A DNA stretch of 17,848 bases, taken from UHGV virus genome UHGV-0189394; one strand, given 5' to 3'. Numbering within the stretch: the first letter of the stretch is position 1; every line of letters begins with the position of its first letter. Both the position numbers and the translations under genes were made by a program. The notes below the pieces were generated by a model. That model was not told the DNA's origin, made no database searches, and saw only the letters and a list, made by a program, of their open reading frames with translations. The stretch is from a virus. Of the stretch, positions 1 to 8,915 are shown piece by piece.

Positions 1-1421
1 AACGTCTTCTGCCCTATATTCCGGTTAATGCGGGGATCCTGATTGTGCCGTGCAGTCGTGGCGGCTCTGCGTTTACCGACGAAGCGCGTCAGATCGGTAC
101 CTACTCAAAAGAGAATGGTGCAACGGCAGAGTCTTCGCGCTGGGGTGTGGGCAATCCACTGTACATGGATTTAATCGACCGCACCAAAGCGGCTCTGGAC
201 AAAAACCCGAAAAACGTCCTGCTGGCCGTGTACTGGATGCAGGGCGAAGGCGACTGTATGAGCACGGGGTATGAGCAACACCCGACAAAATTTGTGGAGA
301 TGGTGAAACAGTTCCGTGCCGATCTTGCGGCCTATGCCGGTCAGTGTCTGGGGGAGGATGCGGCACGCGTACCGTGGGTGTGCGGCGATACCACCTTCTG
401 GTGGAAAACCGTTTACCCGACGCAGTACGCAACGGTTTACGGCACTTACCGTAATAACAGTGAGCTGAATATTCATTTTGTGCCGTTGATGAAAGACGAG
501 AACGGGGCAAATGTACCGACCAACAACCCGACGGAAGATCCGGATGTGCCGGAAGCAAATTATTACGGTGCTGCATCACGCACAGCTGAAAACTGGACGA
601 ACCCGACACGCGCCATGCATTTCAGTTCCTGGGCCCGTCGCGGCATCCTGCCGGACCGTATTGCGTCTGCCATCCTTGTGCACACAGGCCGCAATGCGCC
701 GTTCCTGGCTGGCGGTGATATCTCTGTGGACTTCCCCGAGCCTGAAGTGACGGAAGGCGAACTGACCACGCTGTACAGCGGCGCAGTGAGCGAAGGTGAT
801 TATCAGGCGCAGGGCTGGAATAAAGAACAGGGGAATGCTGAAGTTGTTCTCGACCCTGACAGCCAGTCATGGCATGCCCTGAAACTCACACAGGACAGTT
901 CACCAACAAAAGACCTGAAGATGAGTCACGCTGTGGCAAATGCGCCAGATTTGCTGAAGAACGGTGGTCGCATCACATTGCGTTTCAAAATCGGTGGCGA
1001 ATACGCCAACAAGAAAATCGCTGTTGCGATGTATCTGCAACTGAGTGAAAGCGCTCTTCAGGGGCTGACGTTCCAGGGACAGGCTGAGGGGACACATCCG
1101 TTCCTGGCTGCCTTCTTCCTTCAGACCGATGAGCAGAAAAAACTCAATCTTATGCACAGTAGCGGCAGCACGTCGAATAAGGTTGCAGGCTTTGGCGTAA
1201 TGAATAGCGAATGGCATACGCTGGAACTGGTGTATCCGGGACAGGGGAAAAACACGGTTATTCCTTATGTTGATTCTGTGAAAGGGCCGGAAACACAGCT
1301 GACATGGGCTAAATTCACCGGTCAGGAGAACACGCTGATCCTGACGGATGCATCCAGCAATGATACCTATGAAGTGCGTATTGACACGTTGACGGTGGAA
1401 GTTAACAAAGCAGCGGCGTAA
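1..1421 (+). CDS. SASA/SGNH-type carbohydrate esterase-like protein (sialate O-acetylesterase / NanS-like), 5'-partial
   Basis: Frame is open from nt 3 to the window edge (the track ORF at 45 starts on GTG with no upstream in-frame stop); stop TAA 1419-1421. Translation has a VYWMQGEGD block and a later MHFS block resembling conserved SASA esterase motifs, followed by a ~250-aa C-terminal domain. The catalytic Ser block would lie upstream of the window. Confidence 0.5.
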   Translation, partial: RLLPYIPVNAGILIVPCSRGGSAFTDEARQIGTYSKENGATAESSRWGVGNPLYMDLIDRTKAALDKNPKNVLLAVYWMQGEGDCMSTGYEQHPTKFVEMVKQFRADLAAYAGQCLGEDAARVPWVCGDTTFWWKTVYPTQYATVYGTYRNNSELNIHFVPLMKDENGANVPTNNPTEDPDVPEANYYGAASRTAENWTNPTRAMHFSSWARRGILPDRIASAILVHTGRNAPFLAGGDISVDFPEPEVTEGELTTLYSGAVSEGDYQAQGWNKEQGNAEVVLDPDSQSWHALKLTQDSSPTKDLKMSHAVANAPDLLKNGGRITLRFKIGGEYANKKIAVAMYLQLSESALQGLTFQGQAEGTHPFLAAFFLQTDEQKKLNLMHSSGSTSNKVAGFGVMNSEWHTLELVYPGQGKNTVIPYVDSVKGPETQLTWAKFTGQENTLILTDASSNDTYEVRIDTLTVEVNKAAA

Positions 1422-1427
1422 CGCCAT

Positions 1428-1456
1428 AAAAAAACCCTCCGCCATGCGGAGGGGAA
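1428..1456. terminator. A7 tract + perfect 8-bp GC-rich hairpin (ccctccgc-cat-gcggaggg); intrinsic-terminator-like, best oriented for the - strand
   Basis: Seen directly: aaaaaaa (1428-1434) then stem 1435-1442 / 1446-1453 with a 3-nt loop. On the - strand the hairpin is followed by U7; on the + strand it sits 14 nt after the esterase stop but lacks a U tract. Confidence 0.5.
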
Positions 1457-1537
1457 GAAGTTAACCATCAAACGAATATCTATGGAATTTGCATTCTGGC
1501 AATTTTCACCAATACACACAATGCAAAGGAGCGATGT

Positions 1538-1705
1538 ATGAATTTATTTCAACAGGTGATGTTGTATTTCAGTACTGCGGTATGCGTCCTCTGGTTGTTA
1601 TCCGGTGGCTACAAAGCCGTTAAAAACTTCTGGAACAAAAAACCAGACGAGGCCGCCGCCAGAAAGTCAGCATCAGGTTCAGGTGAAAGCAACTCGTTAA
1701 ACTGA
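1538..1705 (+). CDS. small hypothetical membrane protein (55 aa)
   Basis: ATG 1538 with AGGAG at 1526-1530 (7-nt spacing), stop TGA 1703-1705. Product MNLFQQVMLYFSTAVCVLWLLSGGYKAVKNFWNKKPDEAAARKSASGSGESNSLN has one N-terminal hydrophobic helix and a charged tail. Absent from the supplied track, presumably below its length cutoff. Confidence 0.4.
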   Translation: MNLFQQVMLYFSTAVCVLWLLSGGYKAVKNFWNKKPDEAAARKSASGSGESNSLN

Positions 1706-1783
1706 CGGTGATACCAGGACAAACCAGAATGACCGGCATCTCATCAGGCCGGTCACAGTAACAAGACGAAAAACGGTGACCTC

Positions 1784-2254
1784 ATGCTGAAACTGAATTC
1801 ATTCCGCGATGCGTTAACAGCACATTGCCGGTGGTGTAAAGCCAGTCCGGAAAAATTCACGGTATTCATTGAATCCGGCGGCATTGAAACCACCGGAGAA
1901 TCCCCCTCATTCCTGTACCGCTACAATCTGGTGTTGTTCGTCATGGACTTCACCGAAAGCATCGACAACATCATGCTGCCGGTCATGGCGTGGCTGTACA
2001 GGAATCAGCCGGATCTTCTTCTCAATCCGGAGAAAAACAAAAGCATCAAATTTTCGACGGCCATCAACGATGATGACAGCGCTGACATTCTTCTGGAAAT
2101 CCCGGTATGGGAGCGCGTGATTGTACGCCGCAACGATGACGGCACGGTGAGCGCGGAGCATATCGGTGAGCCACCGGTAAGCCGGGCACTGGAAGCGTGG
2201 CGCGTGGTGTTTGAAGACATGACCTGGAAAACCGCAGAAGAGGCCGGTGCATGA
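1784..2254 (+). CDS. R: tail completion protein, P2 gpR-like
   Basis: 156-aa ORF directly upstream of the S-like and V genes; size and sequence character (e.g. MLPVMAWLYRNQPDLLLNPE) match my recollection of the P2 gpR family. Stop overlaps the next start (ATGA). Confidence 0.7.
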   Translation: MLKLNSFRDALTAHCRWCKASPEKFTVFIESGGIETTGESPSFLYRYNLVLFVMDFTESIDNIMLPVMAWLYRNQPDLLLNPEKNKSIKFSTAINDDDSADILLEIPVWERVIVRRNDDGTVSAEHIGEPPVSRALEAWRVVFEDMTWKTAEEAGA

Positions 2255-2886
2255 GAGACGTTCACGAACTGGATGCCATCTTTCAGGACATTCTTTCAGG
2301 CCTGTCAGCTGCCGGAATTCAGCGCACGGCAATGAGCGTGGGTAAGGCCATCCGGCAGGTACAGACAAAACGCATCAGAAGCCAGGTATCCCCGGACGGT
2401 CAGCCCTGGGAGAAACGAAAACGCCGGATACTGCGCATACAAAAAGGCGTGAAGTTCATCTGGAAAGACGGACAGGTAAGAAACCTGAAAAACTGGAGCA
2501 CATCCCGGGGACGGTTCGGGCGGAAAATTACCGGCTACGATACCGACGCCGGGGGTATCCGGACGTTTTACAAGGCAGATATCGAAGACTATCTGGAAAT
2601 TAACACGCAGCGCGTCGCAGCAAGAGCATCACGTCGCTCACCCATGTTCGAAAAACTGAGAACACCGCGCTTTCTGAAAATCACCCCCGACCCGAGCGGC
2701 GTCAGTGTCGGTTTTCAGGGGCGGGCCGCGCGCATTGCCAGAGTGCACCAGTTCGGTGAGGTGAGCCTTGTCTCGCCCGGAAACGCCACGAAATACCCCG
2801 TGCGCGAACTGCTGGGCCTGAACGCTAAAGACAAACAGCAAATCACGGAAACTGTGATTGCCGGACTGGGGAAAGCTGCGAAATGA
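2251..2886 (+). CDS. S: virion morphogenesis / tail completion protein, P2 gpS-like (extended, 211 aa)
   Basis: Contains QVSPDGQPWEKRK, VHQFGE and VRELLGLNAKD blocks resembling gpS-family motifs; about 60 aa longer than P2 gpS as I recall it. Translationally coupled to R and V. Confidence 0.7.
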   Translation: MRDVHELDAIFQDILSGLSAAGIQRTAMSVGKAIRQVQTKRIRSQVSPDGQPWEKRKRRILRIQKGVKFIWKDGQVRNLKNWSTSRGRFGRKITGYDTDAGGIRTFYKADIEDYLEINTQRVAARASRRSPMFEKLRTPRFLKITPDPSGVSVGFQGRAARIARVHQFGEVSLVSPGNATKYPVRELLGLNAKDKQQITETVIAGLGKAAK

Positions 2887-3464
2887 ACATTGAGCTTATG
2901 CGATTGCTGGAAAACATTGTGCGGATTGGTGTGGTCACGGAAATCAACACCGACACCTGGGAGGTTCGGGTGCAGAGTGGCGGACTGACCACCAACTGGA
3001 TCAGATGGAACAGCGGACGGGCCGGAAAATTCAGAATCTGGATCCCGCCATCACCGGGTGAGCAGGTGCTTCTCCTTTGCCCCGGTGGCAATCCGGAAAC
3101 CGCCGTCAGCGCGGGCAGTCTGTACAGTAATGACAATCCACCACCGGGCGCACTGGAAAACGAAATGGTCATCACCGCACCGGACGGTGCGGAATTTCGC
3201 TATAACGCACAGGAAGGCGACCTGACGGCAAAAGGTATCAAAACCGCAACCATTACGGCCAGAACCAGCATCACGCTGGACACGCCAAGGGTGGAATGCA
3301 CGCAGCACCTGAAGGCAAAAACATTCGAGCTGACCGAAGGCGGGAAGATGACCGGCAACATCACGCACACCGGCGGAAGCCTGACCTCCAACGGTATCAC
3401 GGTGCACAGCCACGTACACGGCGGAGTCAGAAGCGGCGGAGACACAAGCGGAGGTCCACAGTGA
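2883..3464 (+). CDS. V: baseplate assembly protein V (central spike)
   Basis: 193-aa product with GEQVLLLCPGGNPETAV, TLDTPRVECT and THTGGSLTSNGITVHSHVH blocks closely resembling P2 gpV; position directly before W. Confidence 0.9.
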   Translation: MNIELMRLLENIVRIGVVTEINTDTWEVRVQSGGLTTNWIRWNSGRAGKFRIWIPPSPGEQVLLLCPGGNPETAVSAGSLYSNDNPPPGALENEMVITAPDGAEFRYNAQEGDLTAKGIKTATITARTSITLDTPRVECTQHLKAKTFELTEGGKMTGNITHTGGSLTSNGITVHSHVHGGVRSGGDTSGGPQ

Positions 3465-3829
3465 GCATTGACTACACCGGCATGAATCCGCACGGCACGG
3501 GAACCATTTCAGGGCACGAACACCTGAAGAACGCCATCAGGGACATCATCATGACACCTGTCGGAACACGCGTCATGAGACGGGACTATGGCAGCCTGGT
3601 TCCCGGACTCATCGACAGCCCGATGAATGATGTAACCCGCCTTCAGTGCATGAGTGCAGCCGTAATAGCAATCAGCCGCTGGGAGCCGCGCGTGGCCGTG
3701 AGCGCCGTTGATGTGGCGTGGGATAAGCAGGGGCGGGCCATGCTGTCCCTGAACTGCCTGATTGTAAACACCATGGAAAAACTGGAGTTTTCTGTAGAGA
3801 TGGGAGGAAAGGCAGATGCCGGCCATTGA
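3461..3829 (+). CDS. W: baseplate wedge protein W (gp25-like)
   Basis: Frame is open from GTG 3461, which overlaps the V stop (GTGA); an alternative ATG lies at 3482. Product has the TPVGTRVMRRDYGSL block characteristic of gpW/gp25-like proteins. Confidence 0.8.
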   Translation: MSIDYTGMNPHGTGTISGHEHLKNAIRDIIMTPVGTRVMRRDYGSLVPGLIDSPMNDVTRLQCMSAAVIAISRWEPRVAVSAVDVAWDKQGRAMLSLNCLIVNTMEKLEFSVEMGGKADAGH

Positions 3830-4712
3830 TTTATCTGAACTGCCAAAACCGAACGTTATCGAAACGCTGGATTACGAGGTGATACTGGCAGAAACAAAGG
3901 CATTTATCGTCAGCCTTTACCCGGCAGAGATACAGGAAGCCGTCACTGCCGCAATGATGCTGGAATCGGAACCCCTGAACATCATTGCCCAGAGCATGGC
4001 TTTCCGTGAGCTTATTATCCGTCAGAGAATTAACGACGCTGCGGGTGCCATTCTGCTGAGCCATGCGGTATCCACAGACCTGGATCATGTTGCCGCGAAC
4101 CTGAACACCGCTCGCCTGGTCATCACACCGGCAACAGAGACCAGTGATGCCGTTATGGAGAGCGACACCGCCCTGCGTCTTCGGGCGCAGTCTGCCTTTG
4201 ACGGGCTAAGTGTCGCCGGTCCAACAGGCGCATATGAATATTTTGCCCGAAGCGTCAGTGGCAGCATTGCCGACGTGAGGGCAACAAGCCCATCCCCAGC
4301 CCAGGTCACCGTGGCGGTATTATCCACAGAAGGCGACGGTACCGCTTCCGAAGACCTGATCGAAAAGGTCAGAACCGCACTGAGTGCGGAGGACGTCAGA
4401 CCAGTGGGAGACAGGCTTACCGTAAAGAGCGCTGAAATCATCAGCTATCAGATCGACGCCAGACTCTACTTTTATCCGGGCCCGGAATCCGAGCCCATTC
4501 TGAATGCAGCCAAAAGCAACCTGGAAGCGTGGATCAGAGAGCAGAGAAAAATTGGTCGCGATGTTGCGCTTTCCGCCATCATGGCCGTCCTGCATGTGCA
4601 GGGCGTTCAGCGGGTGGAGCTGGTGAAGCCACAACAGAACATTACCGTGAGCGATACGCAGTCGGCATATTGCACTTCATTCACCGTCAGCACCGGGGGA
4701 ACCAATGAATAA
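3816..4712 (+). CDS. J: baseplate assembly protein J
   Basis: 298-aa ORF, size and position match P2 gpJ (~302 aa); overlaps W by 14 nt and I by 8 nt. Confidence 0.85.
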   Translation: MPAIDLSELPKPNVIETLDYEVILAETKAFIVSLYPAEIQEAVTAAMMLESEPLNIIAQSMAFRELIIRQRINDAAGAILLSHAVSTDLDHVAANLNTARLVITPATETSDAVMESDTALRLRAQSAFDGLSVAGPTGAYEYFARSVSGSIADVRATSPSPAQVTVAVLSTEGDGTASEDLIEKVRTALSAEDVRPVGDRLTVKSAEIISYQIDARLYFYPGPESEPILNAAKSNLEAWIREQRKIGRDVALSAIMAVLHVQGVQRVELVKPQQNITVSDTQSAYCTSFTVSTGGTNE

Positions 4713-5238
4713 AGACACTCTGCTTCCCCCTTCCGCCACAGAATTCATACGCAACGCAGAGCGTGGCAGTGAGCGGTTGATGGCGCTGCCCGTCGGTATT
4801 CGTCATCTCTGGGATCCTGACACATGTCCCGTGCAGTTGCTGCCTTATCTGGCATGGGCGCTGTCGGTTGACCGATGGGATCAAAACTGGCCGGAGGAAA
4901 CCAAACGGCAGGTCATTCGCGATTCATGGGATATTCACCGGCATAAAGGCACCATCAAAGCCATTCGCCGGGTTGTTGAGCCATTTGGTTATGTGATCAG
5001 GGTAACCGAATGGTGGGAAACCAACGAAACACCGGGAACATTCCGGCTGGATATCGGCGTACTGGATATCGGGATCACCGAAGAAATGTACAGGGAAGTT
5101 GAACGCCTGGTAGCCGACGCACGTCCGGTCAGTCGCCATCTGATCGGTCTGAACATCATTCAGGACGTACCGGGTTACATGTACACAGGCGGCATCGCCT
5201 ACGACGGCGACATTATTACTGTTTATCCTTCGGAGTAG
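4705..5238 (+). CDS. I: tail/baseplate protein I
   Basis: 177-aa ORF between J and the tail-fibre gene, matching P2 gpI size (~176 aa) and position. Confidence 0.85.
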   Translation: MNKDTLLPPSATEFIRNAERGSERLMALPVGIRHLWDPDTCPVQLLPYLAWALSVDRWDQNWPEETKRQVIRDSWDIHRHKGTIKAIRRVVEPFGYVIRVTEWWETNETPGTFRLDIGVLDIGITEEMYREVERLVADARPVSRHLIGLNIIQDVPGYMYTGGIAYDGDIITVYPSE

Positions 5239-5242
5239 CGCT

Positions 5243-8164
5243 ATGACCGTAAAATTCAAAACCGTAATCACTAAGGACGGTGCAGCAAAAATCGCCGCAG
5301 CAACCGGCACACCGGGAACAAAAATCAACATCACGCACATGGCCGTTGGCGATGGCGACGGCAACTTACCCACGCCTTCATCATCCCAGAAAGCGCTCAT
5401 TCGTGAGGTATGGCGAGGCACACCAAACAAAGTAAGCCCCAACCCCAAAAACCCTGCTGAACTCATTGCTGAACTGGTGATCCCTCCTGAAGCGGGAGGA
5501 TTCTGGATGCGTGAAATGGGCTTGTTCGATGAGGCGGGAACGCTGATTGCCGTATCCAACATGGCAGAAACCTACAAACCGCTACTGTCTGAAGGTTCCG
5601 GCAGGGCGATGACATGCCGCATGGTCCTCATCATCAGCGATGTGAGTGCCGTAAACATCTCCGTTGACAACACCACCATCATGGCAACACAGGATTACGT
5701 CGATGACAAAATCGCTGAACATGAACAGTCGCGCCGACATCCCGACGCCACACTGACCCAGAAAGGCTTCACCCAACTGGACAGCTCGGTAAACAGTAGC
5801 AGTGAGGCGAAAGCTGCAACACCAAAAGCAGTAAAAACACTGAACGATACAAAGGCCCCGCTGAACAGCCCTAAGCTGACCGGAACACCGACTGCCCCCA
5901 CGGCAGCAAAAGGGGTCAACAACACCCAGATAGCGACAACCGCTTACGTGATGGCAGCAATCGCTAATTTAGTGGACTCATCACCGGACGCCCTGAATAC
6001 GCTGAACGAGCTGGCGCAGGCGCTGGGAGATGACCCAAACTTTTCAGCCACCATGACCAACGCACTGGCGGGAAAACAGCCCCTTGATGCAACGCTGACG
6101 GCGATTGCCGCGCTGACCACGGCAGCCGATAAACTGCCTTACTTCACCGGAAACGACAAGGCGGCACTGGCAACACTGACGGAAGTTGGCCGGGACATCC
6201 TCGGAAAGGCAGCCGTCAGTGACGTCATCGCGTATCTGGGGCTCACGAACACCATCACCCAGGCATCAGGCGCACTTCAGAAAGCGCAGAACGGAAAAGA
6301 CATCCCGGACACCGAAGCGTTCCTGGAGAACGTCGGCGTCACCAGTCAGACGTTCATGAAACATAATGGAGAACTGCCTGAAGAGGCTGACCTGAATACC
6401 TATGGCCCGGTTGCTGCCACTCTGGGCACGTGGGGGAAAGCAACGTCAACCAATGCAACGATCGCTAAAAATTTCCCGGAAGACGGTGCGGTGGGCTTTC
6501 TCGAAGTCTTTACTGGAGGAGCTTTTAACGGAACGCAGCGATACACCTGCCGTAACGGTGGAATTTATATCCGGACCCTGACCGCCAGATGGAACGGAAA
6601 AGATGGCCCATGGAGCGCATGGCGTAACGTTCAGATGACCAGCAGAACCCTGAGTCAGGATATTGATCTTGACACCCTGGGGGGAACCGAACATCTGGGG
6701 GTATGGCGTAACGCAGGCGCAGCCAATGCTTCATTCACCAGAAACTACCCGGAAGAAGGTAGTTATGCCCAGGGCGTTCTTGAGGTTATGGAAGGTGGCA
6801 GCTATTCACGCACCCAGCGGTACACTACAGCCAAAGGGAATATGTACATCCGCAGCCTGGCTGCAACATGGGATGCATCTGCCCCGAAGTGGGGAGAATG
6901 GAATAGCGTCGGACATCAACCTGACGGCGCATGGCACGATGGCGACCTGAACACCATGAAAACGCCGGGTATTTACAGCACGACCAACAAGGCCAAAAAC
7001 GGCCCTATGACGGTTACGGACGGGGATAACCTGACAGGGGTCCTTGAGGTCATAAAACGACTGAGTGGTACCGCCTTTATACAGCGCTATACCACCACAG
7101 GAACGGCGACATTAACACGCGGACGTTCTTTTGAAAGAACCTTCAGCGGTGAAGCCTGGACAGAATGGCGGGAAATCTATAACTCGTTCAGCCTGCCGCA
7201 GAATCTGGGCATCGGTGGCGCAGTGGCAAAACTATCCAGTCTGGACTGGCAGACCTACGACTTTGTGCCGGGCAGTCTGATAACCGTGCGGCTTGATAAC
7301 ATGACCAACATTCCCGACGGTATGGACTGGGGCGTCATTGATGGCAACCTGATAAACATCGCGGTTGGTCCGAGTGATGATTCCGGTACGGGGCGCTCAA
7401 TGCATGTATGGCGCAGCACTGTGAGTAAAGCGAATTACCGCTTTTTTATGGTGCGTATTTCAGGAAATCCGGGAAGCCGCACGATCACAACAAGACGAGT
7501 ACCAATCATTGACGAAGCCCAGACATGGGGCGCGAAACAGACATTCAGTGCTGGCCTTTCAGGTGAATTATCCGGCAACGCCTCCACTGCAACAAAATTA
7601 AAAACCGGGCGTAAGATTAACGGCGTCACGTTTGATGGCACCGCCAATATAGAGGCATTCCCTCCGGGGGTTCCCTTACCATGGCCATCAGACACCCCGC
7701 CTTCAGGCTATGCCATTATGCAGGGGCAAACCTTCGACAAGGCAAAATACCCGAAACTTGCCATCGCCTACCCGTCAGGAAAACTGCCTGATATGCGGGG
7801 ATGGACAATCAAAGGGAAACCAGCCAGCGGTCGGGCGGTATTATCACAGGAGCAGGACGGTATTAAATCGCATACCCATACGGCCAGCGTATCAAATACC
7901 GATCTGGGGTCGAAAACGACCAGTTCATCAGGCTCAGGATCAGGCACCGCATCAGTAATACAGGGGACAGCATCCCCTGAAGGTAGCGGAGACTGGACGG
8001 CGTACGGTCCAGGAAGTGGGTCAACAATTACTGTAACTATGCCCAGTCACACCCACACCGTGGCACTGGGCTCACACGGGCACGGCGTGACCGTTAACGC
8101 CACAGGCAACACAGAAAACACCGTGAAAAATATTGCGTTTAACTACATCGTGAGGCTTGCATAA
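5243..8164 (+). CDS. H: tail fibre protein (mosaic: P2 gpH-like N-terminus, repeat-containing shaft, lambda Stf / Mu S-like receptor-binding tip)
   Basis: 973-aa ORF with GGAG 8 nt upstream. N-terminal ~150 aa is P2 H-like; C-terminus has GWTIKGK...HTHTA...[16 protein letters not shown]...[12 protein letters not shown], resembling the conserved tip of lambda Stf-type side tail fibres. Confidence 0.9.
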   Translation: MTVKFKTVITKDGAAKIAAATGTPGTKINITHMAVGDGDGNLPTPSSSQKALIREVWRGTPNKVSPNPKNPAELIAELVIPPEAGGFWMREMGLFDEAGTLIAVSNMAETYKPLLSEGSGRAMTCRMVLIISDVSAVNISVDNTTIMATQDYVDDKIAEHEQSRRHPDATLTQKGFTQLDSSVNSSSEAKAATPKAVKTLNDTKAPLNSPKLTGTPTAPTAAKGVNNTQIATTAYVMAAIANLVDSSPDALNTLNELAQALGDDPNFSATMTNALAGKQPLDATLTAIAALTTAADKLPYFTGNDKAALATLTEVGRDILGKAAVSDVIAYLGLTNTITQASGALQKAQNGKDIPDTEAFLENVGVTSQTFMKHNGELPEEADLNTYGPVAATLGTWGKATSTNATIAKNFPEDGAVGFLEVFTGGAFNGTQRYTCRNGGIYIRTLTARWNGKDGPWSAWRNVQMTSRTLSQDIDLDTLGGTEHLGVWRNAGAANASFTRNYPEEGSYAQGVLEVMEGGSYSRTQRYTTAKGNMYIRSLAATWDASAPKWGEWNSVGHQPDGAWHDGDLNTMKTPGIYSTTNKAKNGPMTVTDGDNLTGVLEVIKRLSGTAFIQRYTTTGTATLTRGRSFERTFSGEAWTEWREIYNSFSLPQNLGIGGAVAKLSSLDWQTYDFVPGSLITVRLDNMTNIPDGMDWGVIDGNLINIAVGPSDDSGTGRSMHVWRSTVSKANYRFFMVRISGNPGSRTITTRRVPIIDEAQTWGAKQTFSAGLSGELSGNASTATKLKTGRKINGVTFDGTANIEAFPPGVPLPWPSDTPPSGYAIMQGQTFDKAKYPKLAIAYPSGKLPDMRGWTIKGKPASGRAVLSQEQDGIKSHTHTASVSNTDLGSKTTSSSGSGSGTASVIQGTASPEGSGDWTAYGPGSGSTITVTMPSHTHTVALGSHGHGVTVNATGNTENTVKNIAFNYIVRLA
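6388..7183 (+). repeat. three tandem protein-level repeats (~85-90 aa each) inside the tail-fibre gene
   Basis: Units begin near nt 6388 (DLNTYGP...[29 protein letters not shown]...W..W), 6659 (DIDLDTLGG...[29 protein letters not shown]...W..W) and 6939 ([11 protein letters not shown]...GVLEVIKRL...QRYTTTG...W..W). Nucleotide sequences have diverged; unit boundaries are approximate. Confidence 0.6.
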
Positions 8165-8910
8165 TGACCTTTACAATGAAAGACGAAGCCAGAACGCTAC
8201 GGGTATTTCATATTCACCCGGAAACCAGCGAACTGACCGGCGAAAGCGACGTATATATTCCACCGCATACCGGGCTGCCCGCTGGTTGCACAACTACCGA
8301 ACCGCCACATATCCCGGAAGGGTTCGCGGCACTTTTTGATGAGGTTCGCCAGCGCTGGGAACTCGCCGAAGATCACCGGGGGAAAGTGGTGTGGGAGACA
8401 ACATCCGGGAATGAAATCACAATAACTGAAATCGGACCGCTGCCTGAAAACACAACAACCGTGGCCCCGCCAACAGCCGCAGGAAAGTTTATTGATGGCG
8501 AATGGAAAGAAGATCGCAGTCTGGCAATCAGTATAAAAAATAACGAGATAAACGAATGGCGTAACGCCATGGAATCTGCAAATTACGTTTTCACGTTCAA
8601 TGGCCGCAACTGGGATTACGGAAAAGAAACCCAGTCCCGACTGGAACCATCAGTGGCAGCCGCAAAGTCCGGGTTATTACCGGAGGGATTTTTCTGGACG
8701 GATGCCGATAACAACGATATCCCGGTTACCGCAGATGAATTGATCGCACTGAGCAATGCTGCATCTGCTGCAATGTTTACCAAAGGAATGGAAATACATA
8801 TCCGGCAACGGGAAATGAAAAAAGCCATAGAGGAATTACAGGACCCCGGAGAAATCATGGCATACCCGGTGGGATGGAAAACAGACACCGCAGAAGGTGA
8901 CGACGAGTGA
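8164..8910 (+). CDS. tfa: tail fibre assembly protein / chaperone (lambda Tfa-like N-terminal domain, non-canonical C-terminal domain)
   Basis: Start overlaps the H stop (TAATGA). N-terminal ~100 aa (GESDVYIPPHTGLPAG, EDHRGKVVWETTSGNEITITEIGPLPEN) closely resembles lambda Tfa; the C-terminal ~140 aa does not resemble the usual Tfa C-terminus as I recall it. Confidence 0.75.
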   Translation: MTFTMKDEARTLRVFHIHPETSELTGESDVYIPPHTGLPAGCTTTEPPHIPEGFAALFDEVRQRWELAEDHRGKVVWETTSGNEITITEIGPLPENTTTVAPPTAAGKFIDGEWKEDRSLAISIKNNEINEWRNAMESANYVFTFNGRNWDYGKETQSRLEPSVAAAKSGLLPEGFFWTDADNNDIPVTADELIALSNAASAAMFTKGMEIHIRQREMKKAIEELQDPGEIMAYPVGWKTDTAEGDDE

Positions 8911-8915
8911 AAGTT

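Noticed and set aside
73-1445. Antisense and overlapping ORFs inside the esterase gene (e.g. 73-609 -, 171-476 -, 900-1445 -)
   Set aside because: They lie entirely within a longer ORF with recognisable esterase motifs, have no RBS, and have Arg/Pro/Ser-rich compositions typical of out-of-frame reading of GC-rich coding DNA.
1534-1620. Alternative 28-codon ORF starting at ATG 1534, four nt before the 55-aa ORF start
   Set aside because: The AGGAG spacing (3 nt) is poor and the product is a short, non-hydrophobic peptide; the 1538 frame has better spacing and a membrane-protein-like product.
1869-4634. Track ORFs overlapping R, S, V, W and J on either strand (e.g. 1907-2368 -, 2843-3175 -, 3051-3419 -, 3296-3829 + upstream of 3461, 4320-4634 -)
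   Set aside because: They overlap confidently assigned structural genes; the 3296-3829 frame is the W frame, but its upstream part overlaps V and the likely start is GTG 3461 or ATG 3482.
5243-8910. Invertible tail-fibre segment or diversity-generating retroelement acting on the H tip
   Set aside because: No Gin/Pin/Hin-type invertase or reverse transcriptase ORF in the window, no inverted crossover repeats flanking the H 3' end and tfa, and no template-repeat copy of the H C-terminal region elsewhere.
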